Source: Blepharisma stoltei ATCC 30299
Taxonomy: Eukaryota; Protista; Ciliophora
Direction of reading: 5' to 3'
Assembly (NCBI GenBank): GCA_965603825.1
Contig: CBFDEM010000044.1
Coordinates: 712,617 to 776,616 of the forward strand
DNA: 64,000 nucleotides
The notes under the pieces were generated by a model. The model was not told the origin of the DNA. It did not search any database and worked only from the letters and a program-made list of their open reading frames with translations. The position numbers and the translations under genes are program-made. Within the stretch, counting starts at the first letter, position 1; every line of letters begins with the position of its first letter. Of the stretch, positions 15,001-19,891 are shown piece after piece.

Positions 15001-15390
15001 GAACAGGCTCCTAATATTGAAGATTTCACCCCACGAGCCATCACAATTCAAAGGTTTGCCAGAGGATTTTTAGCAAGAAAACGGTTTGCAACTATGAAAG
15101 AAGTCCAAAAGGTCAGAATTGTCGAGCCAAGAAAAAGCAGCAGCTCTATGAAAATCAGACTGTCTAAATTTACCTTGAAATCGAGGCTTCTTACCCTTAA
15201 AAAAGTCGTACATAAGGTCCTGCTGAAGTCTAAAAAAGAATGCTTTTTGAGAATGAAAAGAAGAGACGCCAGCGCAAGACGAAGAAACTTTTATAAAATC
15301 CAAAAAGGAACCAAGGCTATTGTAGGAATCTGCTCCCAAAGGTACGCTGAAGCATTTGAGAACCTCAAGAAAAATTTATTAACGAAATAA
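1..15390 (+). CDS. Giant (>5,100 aa) repetitive putative cortical/cytoskeletal protein with Sfi1-like F-x2-W motifs and a C-terminal IQ motif; probably 5'-truncated by the window edge
   Basis: The frame is open from base 1 to TAA at 15388-15390. Bases 1-30 match an internal repeat (also at 2101 and 3535), so the ATG at 31 is probably internal. It has large internal duplications, S/T-K/R-P-x-I-x-L/I-E motifs, and an IQ motif ITIQRFARGFLARKRF at ~15040-15087. Confidence 0.85.
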   Translation, partial: QKPVIVAESYMSIHDSSTLLSGLQRNPLETEPHPEDLQGSSSISSSGLKIEKATFSISCKGQVFPGFKAGSSLQKSIKISTQTYSGISKPHIQIESFSEEQIRNYIINKHKFVTQKSQQEISYSHSAISRPQILLETLYKEKSRKSKASYRDQQESEIVEAAKVSFAMSSKVQILPELLIEKSLAQKSEASSVHSAIFRPQISVEKLYKSEAKKQPKYIISEPGTISKEESSEAFSIICRPVVPVEKITEIMIQEDIDNIFVVKYSIMPKPRIPIEKYEEDEIRSWVINRDSHSESKPIRQEIPLSAFSSISRPVVPIEMLSKEKIRRHLKEIADTAQYQESSVVYSAISRPQIAIEKLYEEVTRKRKVNKVYIDYSEKSKIKEIVLGSKPISIVEQHSHLREKVPFVTAEHILTPLLKPLIVCEEISAHQAKIILGAQSAISASPDSEILKLQAFFKPNISMQTIYKKPIEIVEATESQSSSEEIPEEEFGAVSFQIEEKSTKLQSEVPENKKPSALSYTVQPLLLIPLEIHYEKPNIEEEEVIISPDVFFFNPIIDDSQEEVYTMATKVATMVEFHEEKAIVKQAESKGDEAKDIKYYEIKPMQKPVISIESVVTVTPKRLLQREISIIEIRENIENKFSLQAIVKPISILEASLSAKNIDISEKDKQILPGAHQTKDKSNLPEIYKESSQKLVVIPLQKPVIVAESYISRHDISASFLSEPQRNPLETEPYIKNIFALKYSIMSKPRISIEIYKENEIRNWVINRDSHSESKPIRQEIPLSAFSSISRPIVPIEMLSKEKIRRHIKEITDTAQYQESSVVYSAISRPQIAIEKLYEEVTKRRKVNKVYIDYAEKGKIQEIVILSKPITIVEQHSHLREKVPFVTAEHILTPLLKPLIVCEEISAHQAKIILGAQSAISASPDSEILKLQAFFKPNISMQTIYKKPIEIVEATESQSSSEEIPEEEFGAVSFQIEEKSTKLQSEVPENKKPSALSYTVQPLLLIPLEIHYEKPNIEEEEVIISPDVFFFNPIIDDSQEEVYTMATKVVTIAEFHEEKAIVKQAESKGDEAKDIKYYEIKPMQKPVISIESVVTVTPKRLLQREISIIEIRENIENKFSLQAIVKPISILEASLSAKNSETSEKDKQILAGAHQTKDKSNLPEISKESSQKLVVIPLQKPVIVAESYIHSHDSSALLTGSQRNPLETEPHPEDLQGSSSISSSGLKIEKATFSISCKGQVFPGFKAGSSLQKSIKISTQTYSGISKPHIQIESFSEEQIRNYIINKHKFVTQKSQQEISYSHSAISRPQILLETLHKEKSRKSKVSYGEQQESEIVEAKVSFAVSAKVQILPELLIEKSLAQKSEASSAHSAVFRPQVSVEKLYESETKKKPKYIISEPGTISKESSITFSALMRPLIVSEEISKASQQEKILSGVESYLAASPDSEIFIMKAINKPIILIQTEDKKPTKIVEVTKETFSISGKAKVKPVFQRDSSLEEIEPTEKPESLSDHSFKSSEQSESDKDSLEFLLPQALIEAVQKYSPLSKPQILIEKHDEDEIRRLAIKKFSSSKSQTIGQEVAFASTSRPVVPIEILSKEKIRRHLKEIVIYSDAAQSQESSIVYSAISRPQIAIEKLYEEVTRRRKVKKVYIDYAESSQVTEIILESKPITIIEQHSYIKGKESFENILSPSAEIESKPAENPINLPKVSKDSLSQSESVHILSAVLRPQIPIETLYKVPRRKYGSEKIISPMDTYESSTLSVLSRPRIPVETLSASSQKKQRSLELSLSTQIESQESFSISSFKPQIPFGEIIKAKLGNLEAIIKVKLMKAFATWKEKVVFNRDSLQEYLVRELSSEKDWPVNEKMDKLVKFLMEISHKRGKLLEVALFEWLEKTKLNSSDPESFRLSSTGSPIVNSPIIQELLESEENKDKNAKMFKLVEFLVGITKRREKFSQIALFEWMEKAHLMDEHLEARKADLEKQFSLEKVIEKIMQNEGEDRPDSKMSKVMNFLVHFQQKRENQSKLALFEWMEKVNLKYERIPERDEETPIQYSVISRPQILLETITEASNRHSWQFEYEFSSLHKIVTLPCLYEEKSSERFIKSPAIQLSTLTKPKVPAEIIIEKLQYQPMPSFSILQKPITLPHHEKSSAISQLSLNAQEAAIEAPMLHLSRLVFSASHKAINLPYLETEKSSEFISLSFTIERKPTVQPECYSFFGETENYIRLKLRNLGSICRYNVMRAFLLWKQNDALNSSGNFKETLVRKLTSEKEKPDEKMDKVVDAFGSISKKREKFAELALFKWLESSKDIDLKPEKEPEFFFGESSISIQDSQGNHFEAFRKVCVPLETYDEKSHRKIVFPYLSSQQYSVVSRPQIPIDVISKAKRAKSAAIEGSFKAYSAISKPQVLLESIVQASYLNYLTVSKPLTIIYIYDEAKKSDGWEDISTPKPSQRITKQARSTLKSRKPLSKAQSLPVSDIPPFYSPITKPITSIEICEEPHEPAWEDLNTKKPTQKITKRPRAALKSRKPMKNISEFHISDRPVIPIEEHAIPTAEQLARMSEKVKDALRCLAHISKDSLSKAFYRWRYVYSEQKESEKAIEYSISTKLKPLILLETLSSKQHHQKDKKLTSSDTKTVKLSPFEKPRVEIATEKVEYVILPQPKRTISAVKPQLSSSTLELSIIKKPLISISNISRCEFQPENKLLTDIEVSEEYQVILPRPSIRRALIKRRKHAPFKKPRFHSISEVEFQPQSKQLQDIFTAEAEIETYEAPQLQESEAPEEPLEEISIPIAIFEQPLYSEIEPSIAENTVQVYTVVSKPRVVLEKRVISVDEGQSSNLEQIIKPKLGNLEAIIKVRLMKTFATWKEKSAFNPESLQEYITREFSSEKEWPVDEKMDKIVEHLTEISRKKDKFVEIAMFEWLEKAKFNSSDPESLRLSSVGSPIAKVISSETDSPRLSTFGSPVIHELLENEENKDKNAKMFKLIECLVGITKKREKFGQMTLFEWIEKSNLLDENQAELAKKFSMEEVIDKIIQNEGEDKPDSKMSKILRFLVESQRKKENHSKLALFEWMEKVNLKFERFPEGMQIQYSAISRPQILLETITEAQKSQTWQYKGEFSAAQKIVTFPYLDTEKSSQIISQSFTIYRKLAVQPECYSFLGETENYIKLKLRNLGSICRYNLMRAFLLWKQNDALNSSIVLKETLVRKLTSEKEKPTDVKMDKVVETLSDISKKRGKFAELALFKWIENSKDLDWKPEKEPEFYYQSGDTSMNITIQDSKVHEYSFSICRRICVPLEVHDTASHRRLLGSLENESMQYAAVTRPQILVEVISSEKKAKIVLSEQPSLYAAYSFITKPLILLESLLEKSDDKEKPIIIPKSQIPLEVASEAKLDSSEQPSLYAAYSFITKPLILLESVSEKSYDKEQPMIISEPQIPLEAASEAKLDSSENPSLFAAYSFIIRPLILLESLSEKSDDKEKPMIVSGPQIPIEMVSKAKLDSSENQILYSAYSFITKPLILLESLLEKSDNKEKPMIISGPQIPIEVAFDEKLVAPGNLSSFEIYSFIIRPIILLESLSEKSDDKEKPMIISIPQIPLEADSVAKLDSSVNQSLYAAYSFITRPLILLESLSEKSDDKEKPMEISGPQIPLEVVSEQKLLAPENLSSFEVHSFIIRPLILLESLSEKSGDKKQPMIIAKSQIPLEVASEAKLDSSEQPILYAAYSFITKPLILLESVSEKSYDKEQPMIISEAKLDSSENPSLYAAYSFITRPLILLESLSEKSHDKEKPIIISRSQIPLEMASAEKLLAPENLSSFEVHSFIIRPLILLESLSEKSDDKEKQIITSRPQIPQDVASDEKLVAPENLSSFEVYSFISKPHIMLESSSEKSEDKEETIIISGPQIPFEVASYEKLVTPENPSLYAAYSFITRPLILLESLSEKSEEKEKPIIISRPQTSLDIALEGKLIASESLSSFEVYSFISKPLILLESLSSRSIDLEKSAQYSAIARPQVSLEVISKEKRAKSALLEKYNDIILSSEQRSYMALAKPIIMFSQIHERKVQSQVMTVLAAAKVIIPLELLSEKTESLDKKVYLPISRPLTIVDMFSEDWEDITPTQKSLVITKKKGPALKSRKPVTKNLQSFSLLKKPLAFIEELEISEKVKDSLRHLNHILKDRISKAFYIWKHNGSSEEFIEEVTTVTWSIERNDPAFKESALARLAFVINQTDAKLLGFAFEKLKYISQTAKAPEFVYTELPSYRVLTIVETYDKHRRANIKAEDDLIELGSVSSLEEAVEERQVYEVLTKPNSFPICIFEQIPIKVEMTVDSEYIVSSIFKPLIMPEILSPKAHQVSDTLIPGETRTIQFVPFEKPRPRITEEKVEIVILPLPRVDRELRKSNTPLDTSKDESSFEKPEASNEIRVLTKPLSPLAKVTRLFFEISDKMTVPIEEDEEYKVVLPKSIIRRPLVKRRKYAPVSKPRFETSSQVTIQPAQKVIQDILIVEGADTQEVGYVTEDTHRTLQLEIKPEVTEMEFTFEFKEEVPEVVDEYSIEQKAESSVLVVERFEAENKPEVFGAVYEEEVNVYLLDQKVVSSLVNVEKYHYELETKPEVLEAVYRQEISEYLLEQRPTSSLLLIENYHYQIKPQPFITCIEQAIAIEYSLEHKADTSLLLIEQFKSVHSLPRIQPVSKSFTSYLPIQIERKVVIDIEEDEDYSLQSTTKQLVKHTKYVPFGKPRVKSSSNLEILPVRKIVSDILAVEKPSDIITKDSAKELQESVLANPEPTELAVTFEFKPEVADLPNEYYPSEKPAPSMLAVQEFGPPYSLATVYPYNAEKSEYSQIRKNPSSMLLVEDFGHELNLPVTDPIYDQDLLESQEELVYKEIDISSLLSKPLVKDLSSLLDSPEIQSTERITKSLEPEEEFKQVTGRSQAESLGIETHRPASTSRRRVHKVRRIYTKKLRYYPLQKGIKALAQSKIVKPMQEAFDLLKYLLYTSTTPSQQKIEQAPNIEDFTPRAITIQRFARGFLARKRFATMKEVQKVRIVEPRKSSSSMKIRLSKFTLKSRLLTLKKVVHKVLLKSKKECFLRMKRRDASARRRNFYKIQKGTKAIVGICSQRYAEAFENLKKNLLTK
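781..3630 (+). repeat. In-frame direct duplication with period 1434 nt (478 codons) inside the giant gene; a second block, 1-~690, recurs at 3535-~4215
   Basis: Near-identical text at 1441 and 2875. The identical antisense ORFs at 1398 and 2832 also differ by 1434 nt. Confidence 0.95.
10021..11970 (+). repeat. Tandem 159-nt (53-aa) coding repeat, about 12-13 units, one unit shortened
   Basis: Recurrent unit YSFI(T/I)(K/R)PLILLESLSEKSxDKEKPMIISxPQIPLE; for example, matching text at 10081 and 10240. Confidence 0.92.
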
Positions 15391-15407
15391 ATATCTTAGA
15401 TAAATAA

Positions 15408-15986
15408 ATGGATGGAACTGCAAAATTAATTTTTGTCCTGGGTGGTCCAGGTGCTGGCAAAGGTACCCAGTGCTTACGAATTATTGCTGATTACCCTAAT
15501 TTTGTCCATTTATCAGCTGGAGACTTGTTAAGAAAAGAAAGGATGAGTGGGAGTGCTAATGGAGAACTTATACAAAAATGTATTGATGAAGGGTCAATTG
15601 TCCCTGCTGAAATCACTGTTGCATTAATAAGACAAGCTATGAGAGAGGCTGGGTGGACCACAAAACGGTTTTTGGTTGACGGGTTCCCAAGAAATGACGA
15701 TAACTATTTGACTTGGTTCAGGCTTTCTCCAGATGTAGATGTGGAATATTGCTTGTTTTTGGACTGCGACCCTGACAAGATGGTGGAGAGAATTGGCATG
15801 AGAGGAGGAACGAGGAGTGATGATAACCCTGACGTCGTCAAAAAGAGACTGGTCACTTATAATGAACAAACAAGGCCAATTATTGAAAGGTTTGAAGTTC
15901 AAGGAAAGCTGCTGAGGGTTGATGTGAATGGGACACAAGATGAGGCATATCAGAACACTATTAGAGGTTTAGGATTAATAAGCTAA
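15408..15986 (+). CDS. CMPK1: UMP-CMP kinase (adenylate kinase family)
   Basis: Motifs IFVLGGPGAGKGT, HLSAGDLLR, LVDGFPR and RSDD. Confidence 0.93.
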   Translation: MDGTAKLIFVLGGPGAGKGTQCLRIIADYPNFVHLSAGDLLRKERMSGSANGELIQKCIDEGSIVPAEITVALIRQAMREAGWTTKRFLVDGFPRNDDNYLTWFRLSPDVDVEYCLFLDCDPDKMVERIGMRGGTRSDDNPDVVKKRLVTYNEQTRPIIERFEVQGKLLRVDVNGTQDEAYQNTIRGLGLIS

Positions 15987-16153
15987 GCCAGATCTCCATC
16001 AAAAAGTTAAAATTGCGAACGATGATTCTATAAATTATTATAAAAAATTAAAAACTTGCTTAATAAAATAATTCTTTTCTATAAAATAAATTTTAATAAA
16101 TCCCAACTTAAAATCTTAAGTATTTGGCAAGCAAATTTAAAAATAATATACTA

Positions 16154-17173
16154 ATGTGGAGAGGTTTGAGTGTGCTAAGCTCTTTAGGGCTCTTCACATA
16201 CGCCCCAGCTATGATGCTTCCTCAAGACAAAACTGGAAAAGTCAGCTACCCTGCTAACAACCCTATAGAAGACCGCTTTGTAAGCAAAAAACTAAAATCC
16301 TTCAACGCAAGATGTTCAGCTGTTTTCGATGGACACGGTGGATGGCAAATTTCTGACTTTTTATATCACAATATCATCCAGACCATTGAGGACAATTACA
16401 AGCTTGTCAAGTCAGACCCTAAAAAATCAGTCCACACCATCCTTGAAAAATCATTTGATTCCTTAGAAGAACGCATCGTAAATGCTGCTCGGGACTCTTA
16501 CAAGATGGGCTTTGCCAATGTCGCAAGCACAGGATCTTGTGCTATTGTCGCGATCGTTTTTGAAGACCTTTATGCAGTTGCAAATGCAGGAGATTGTCAA
16601 GCTGTCCTTGTAAAACAAGTTGAAGGCCAAGTTATAGGGGAAAACATATGTGAAGTGCACTCCTCAAACTTGCCAAGTGAGCAAGAAAAGCTAGCAAGAG
16701 CTCATCCTGGCGAGCCTGACATCGTAAGATGCAAACATAGAGATGCGTGCTATGTAAAAGGAAGACTTATGCCAACAAGAGCTTTTGGAGACTTAGGCTT
16801 AAAACATGACGAATTTAACAACCCAAGACAGCTGGATATGACACATGGCTTTAGAAGGTCAAGGATCCAAAAATTCACTGGTCCTTATATCACTCATAAG
16901 CCAGATATTAAAGTAAGAAAAATCGAAGAAGGCGACAAGTTCATTATTTTGGCAAGTGACGGACTGTGGGACGAAATGAGTGAGCAAGAAGCAGCAGCGC
17001 TGATTTACTCGATTGATGATCCGAAAGAAGCAGCTGAGAAGCTATTGCAGTCTGCCTTGGATATTGCGGCAAACAAGAGAGGGATGTCGAAAGTTACGAT
17101 GGGGCAGCTTCCTCTGGGGATAAGGAGAAGCTATCATGATGATATCACGATTGTTGTAGTTCCTTTAAAATAA
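16154..17173 (+). CDS. PP2C/PPM phosphatase, pyruvate dehydrogenase phosphatase-like, probably mitochondrial
   Basis: Motifs PANNPIEDR, AVFDGHGG, ANAGD, LMPTRAFGD, LASDGLWD and DDIT. The first ATG is at 16154; the track start is TTG. Confidence 0.88.
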   Translation: MWRGLSVLSSLGLFTYAPAMMLPQDKTGKVSYPANNPIEDRFVSKKLKSFNARCSAVFDGHGGWQISDFLYHNIIQTIEDNYKLVKSDPKKSVHTILEKSFDSLEERIVNAARDSYKMGFANVASTGSCAIVAIVFEDLYAVANAGDCQAVLVKQVEGQVIGENICEVHSSNLPSEQEKLARAHPGEPDIVRCKHRDACYVKGRLMPTRAFGDLGLKHDEFNNPRQLDMTHGFRRSRIQKFTGPYITHKPDIKVRKIEEGDKFIILASDGLWDEMSEQEAAALIYSIDDPKEAAEKLLQSALDIAANKRGMSKVTMGQLPLGIRRSYHDDITIVVVPLK

Positions 17174-17214
17174 TTTCTATTATGAAGAAGAGTATAATTA
17201 AAAGGAGAGGAGGG

Positions 17215-17313
17215 AATTGTTACCTATGCTCAGAGCTGCAAGCAGCAGAGCAAGGAGTCACTTTAGGCACCCATGGAAGTGTAATGAACTGTCAATCCAC
17301 AAACGAAAGTGCC
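17215..17313 (-). ncRNA. Candidate two-hairpin small RNA (H/ACA-like); alternatively a 31-aa sORF
   Basis: GC-richer island in an AT-rich spacer. Minus strand shows a GGCACU/GGUGCC stem, then a CCU-UGCUC-GCUG/CAGC-GAGCA-AGG hairpin, then ACA+3 nt and a pyrimidine tract. The H box is imperfect. Confidence 0.3.
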
Positions 17314-17620
17314 ATTTATTATAATCGTAAGAGTTATTAAAGATAAATTTTAGTAAAAATGCTTGGAATTATTATTTAGTTAAGCATTATCTTTAATTAT
17401 ATTTGATAAAATATATTAATCATAGTCAGCCTTTCGAAAATATAAATAAGACATTATGATAAAAATTAGCTGCTGAGCATTAAAAATCTTTTGGTTTATT
17501 TTTATATGGACACACATGGTATATATTTATTAAGCGCAGTATATGAAAATTAAAAAGTATAATAAGATAAAATATATTAAACCCAGATTACTTTATTCTA
17601 GACTTTGTTAGAAATTATGA

Positions 17621-19084
17621 TTATTCTTCGATCTTCTTCAAATCAGATCCAATGTAGAACTGGGCACCTGTAATTTCTTTCAGTTTATCAAGAGTGATGT
17701 CATTAGCGATTTCAACGAGAGTCATTCCAGTGTCTCTTCGGAATTCGAAAACTCCGTACTCGGTCACAAGCATTCTTACAACTTTCTTGCCTGTTAGTGG
17801 GAGAGAACATTTTTTGAGGATCTTTGGAGCTCCTTTAGAAGTGTGCTCCATACAGACAATGCATTTCGAGTGGCTGTCAACTAAGTCCATAGCTCCTCCC
17901 ATACCCTTCACCATTTTGCCTGGGACAATCCAGTTTGCAAGATCTCCATCCTGGGACACTTGTAGCCCTCCGAGAATAGTTAAATTAAGATGATCGCCAC
18001 GAACAATAGCGAAGCTAGTGCTGCTTGAGAAAATTGAAGAGCCCTGCACCATTGTGATAGTTTCTTTGCCTGCATTAATAACGTCTGGATCTTGCTCACC
18101 TGATTTCGGGTATGGTCCTATTCCTAGCAGTCCGTTTTCACCATGTAGCACAATTTTGATGCCCTTTGGTAAGTAGTTTGGCACTAAGGTTGGCATTCCA
18201 ATCCCCAAGTTCACATACATTCCGTCCTTGATTTCTTTGGAAACTCTTTTGGCAATTCTCTCACGTTTCCTGATTTGTTCAGGAGTCCCAGGAAGCTGAA
18301 TTTTATCTCCAGTATTAAGAGCCAGCCTTTCAATTGGCTTTTCGAAATACTCACCTTTAACGATTCTATGAACGAAAATACCAGGAGTATGGATCTGGTC
18401 TGGGTCGAAAGTGCCAGCAGGGACGATTTCTTCGACTTCTGCAATCGTGATTTTTGAAGACCCAGCAATGTCAGGGTTGAAATTCCTAGCAGTCTTTCTG
18501 TAAATCAAGTTGCCCTCAGTGTCTGCTTTCCAAGCCTTGATAAGGCCAACGTCTCCTCTGAGCGCTTCTTCGAGGATGTATTTTTTACCTCCCCAGATTC
18601 TGACCTCCCTTGGGGCAGAGATCTTCTCTACTGTTTTCCCTCCTGGTCCAAACTTCTGTACAAAGCCTCCTTCTTCAACCAAACTGCCAGCACCAGTATG
18701 GGTGTAGAAAGCTGAAATGCCGCATGCGCCTGCTCTAAGTCTTTCAGCCAACGATCCTTGAGGAATGAGGTCAAGCTCAATTTCGCCATTCAAATACTGA
18801 TTTTCCAAGGTTTCGTTTCCTCCAAGGTAGGAACAGTGAATACTTGAAGCCATCCTGTCCTTGATCAAAAGTCCAGGCCCAAATTCATTAGTGCCTGAGG
18901 TGTTGGTGATGAGTTTGAGATTGTTGATTTTCAAGTCGTGCACTGCTCTCAACAGATTTTCTGGGACTCCGCAAAGCCCAAAGCCTGCTATCATGACTGC
19001 CATCCCGCTCTTCATGTCAGCCACGGCCTCGGCTGATGAGTTGAATATCTTAGAAGCAAAAAATCTTCTTGAGGATGAAAGCAT
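17621..19084 (-). CDS. OXCT1: Succinyl-CoA:3-ketoacid CoA transferase (SCOT), copy 1
   Basis: Motifs GFGLCGVPENL, PQGSLAERLRAG, YVNLGIGMP, ENG and KGMGGAMDLV; transit-peptide-like N-terminus. Confidence 0.95.
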   Translation of the reverse strand: MLSSSRRFFASKIFNSSAEAVADMKSGMAVMIAGFGLCGVPENLLRAVHDLKINNLKLITNTSGTNEFGPGLLIKDRMASSIHCSYLGGNETLENQYLNGEIELDLIPQGSLAERLRAGACGISAFYTHTGAGSLVEEGGFVQKFGPGGKTVEKISAPREVRIWGGKKYILEEALRGDVGLIKAWKADTEGNLIYRKTARNFNPDIAGSSKITIAEVEEIVPAGTFDPDQIHTPGIFVHRIVKGEYFEKPIERLALNTGDKIQLPGTPEQIRKRERIAKRVSKEIKDGMYVNLGIGMPTLVPNYLPKGIKIVLHGENGLLGIGPYPKSGEQDPDVINAGKETITMVQGSSIFSSSTSFAIVRGDHLNLTILGGLQVSQDGDLANWIVPGKMVKGMGGAMDLVDSHSKCIVCMEHTSKGAPKILKKCSLPLTGKKVVRMLVTEYGVFEFRRDTGMTLVEIANDITLDKLKEITGAQFYIGSDLKKIEE

Positions 19085-19317
19085 ATTTAATTACTGAGCA
19101 TTTCATGGACAATAAAAAAGATGAATCTAATAATTTATCAAATATTTAAATAAGATATAAATTTTCTTTAGAAATTATCAAACTAAATTTAGTTATAATT
19201 TTATAAATAATATAAAAAAAATACTCTAAATAATTTTTAAAAAATATAATCATAAGAAACTATTGTAGAAATTAGCATGGCCTAATTTTAATATAGCTTA
19301 TAAAATTCTGATACAAG

Positions 19318-19674
19318 ATGATGGAGTTTAAAAAAGAGATGCCTGAATTCGAAACTCGAAGATTGGAGGCAAATCGCTTGCTAGAAGTTCATCCAACCAA
19401 GCTGCCCATAATAGTGGAGCCTATTTCTTCAAAAAACAATGCATATGGGTTTATTCAGAACAGATTCCTCGTTCCAAAGAACTACACCTTTCACGAGTTC
19501 ATTTTCCACCTTCGGAGAAGACTAGAACTCGATAGAACTGATGCCTTATACGTCCTAGTTTCTCAAAAGCACCTTCCAGCATTGGATAGAAACATGATAA
19601 GCGTCTATGGTGAGTTCCAAGACCCTGACGGCTTTTTATATGTAAATTACTCTTCAGAGGCCATTTTGGGGTAA
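19318..19674 (+). CDS. ATG8: ATG8/GABARAP-family ubiquitin-like protein
   Basis: Motifs HPTKLPIIVE, RFLVP and DPDGFLYVNYSSE..G; the protein ends in Gly. Confidence 0.9.
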   Translation: MMEFKKEMPEFETRRLEANRLLEVHPTKLPIIVEPISSKNNAYGFIQNRFLVPKNYTFHEFIFHLRRRLELDRTDALYVLVSQKHLPALDRNMISVYGEFQDPDGFLYVNYSSEAILG

Positions 19675-19891
19675 AGTGACCAATATTAACTTATTTGACT
19701 TTTTTATATGGATTATATAACTGCTAATAATCGACATCTACTAATATACGAAAAATACTTATACCATCGCCAAAATTGCCTTCTGTTTCCATTTTATTAC
19801 TCTAGTCTCTTCCAGATATAAAAATGTGATAGGAATTATATGAAAATCACTAGCGTCTATCAATAGTCTCTGCAATTAGTTCAAATTGAAT

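Noticed and set aside
621-15339. Numerous antisense and alternate-frame ORFs in the track (here and across the window)
   Set aside because: They are shadows of E/K/S-rich coding strands, mostly with non-ATG starts and no recognisable motifs.
17215-17315. Telomerase RNA, hammerhead ribozyme, SECIS or spliceosomal snRNA
   Set aside because: No CCCUAACA template, no CUGANGA core, no SECIS geometry, and no recognisable U1/U2/U4/U5/U6 signature.
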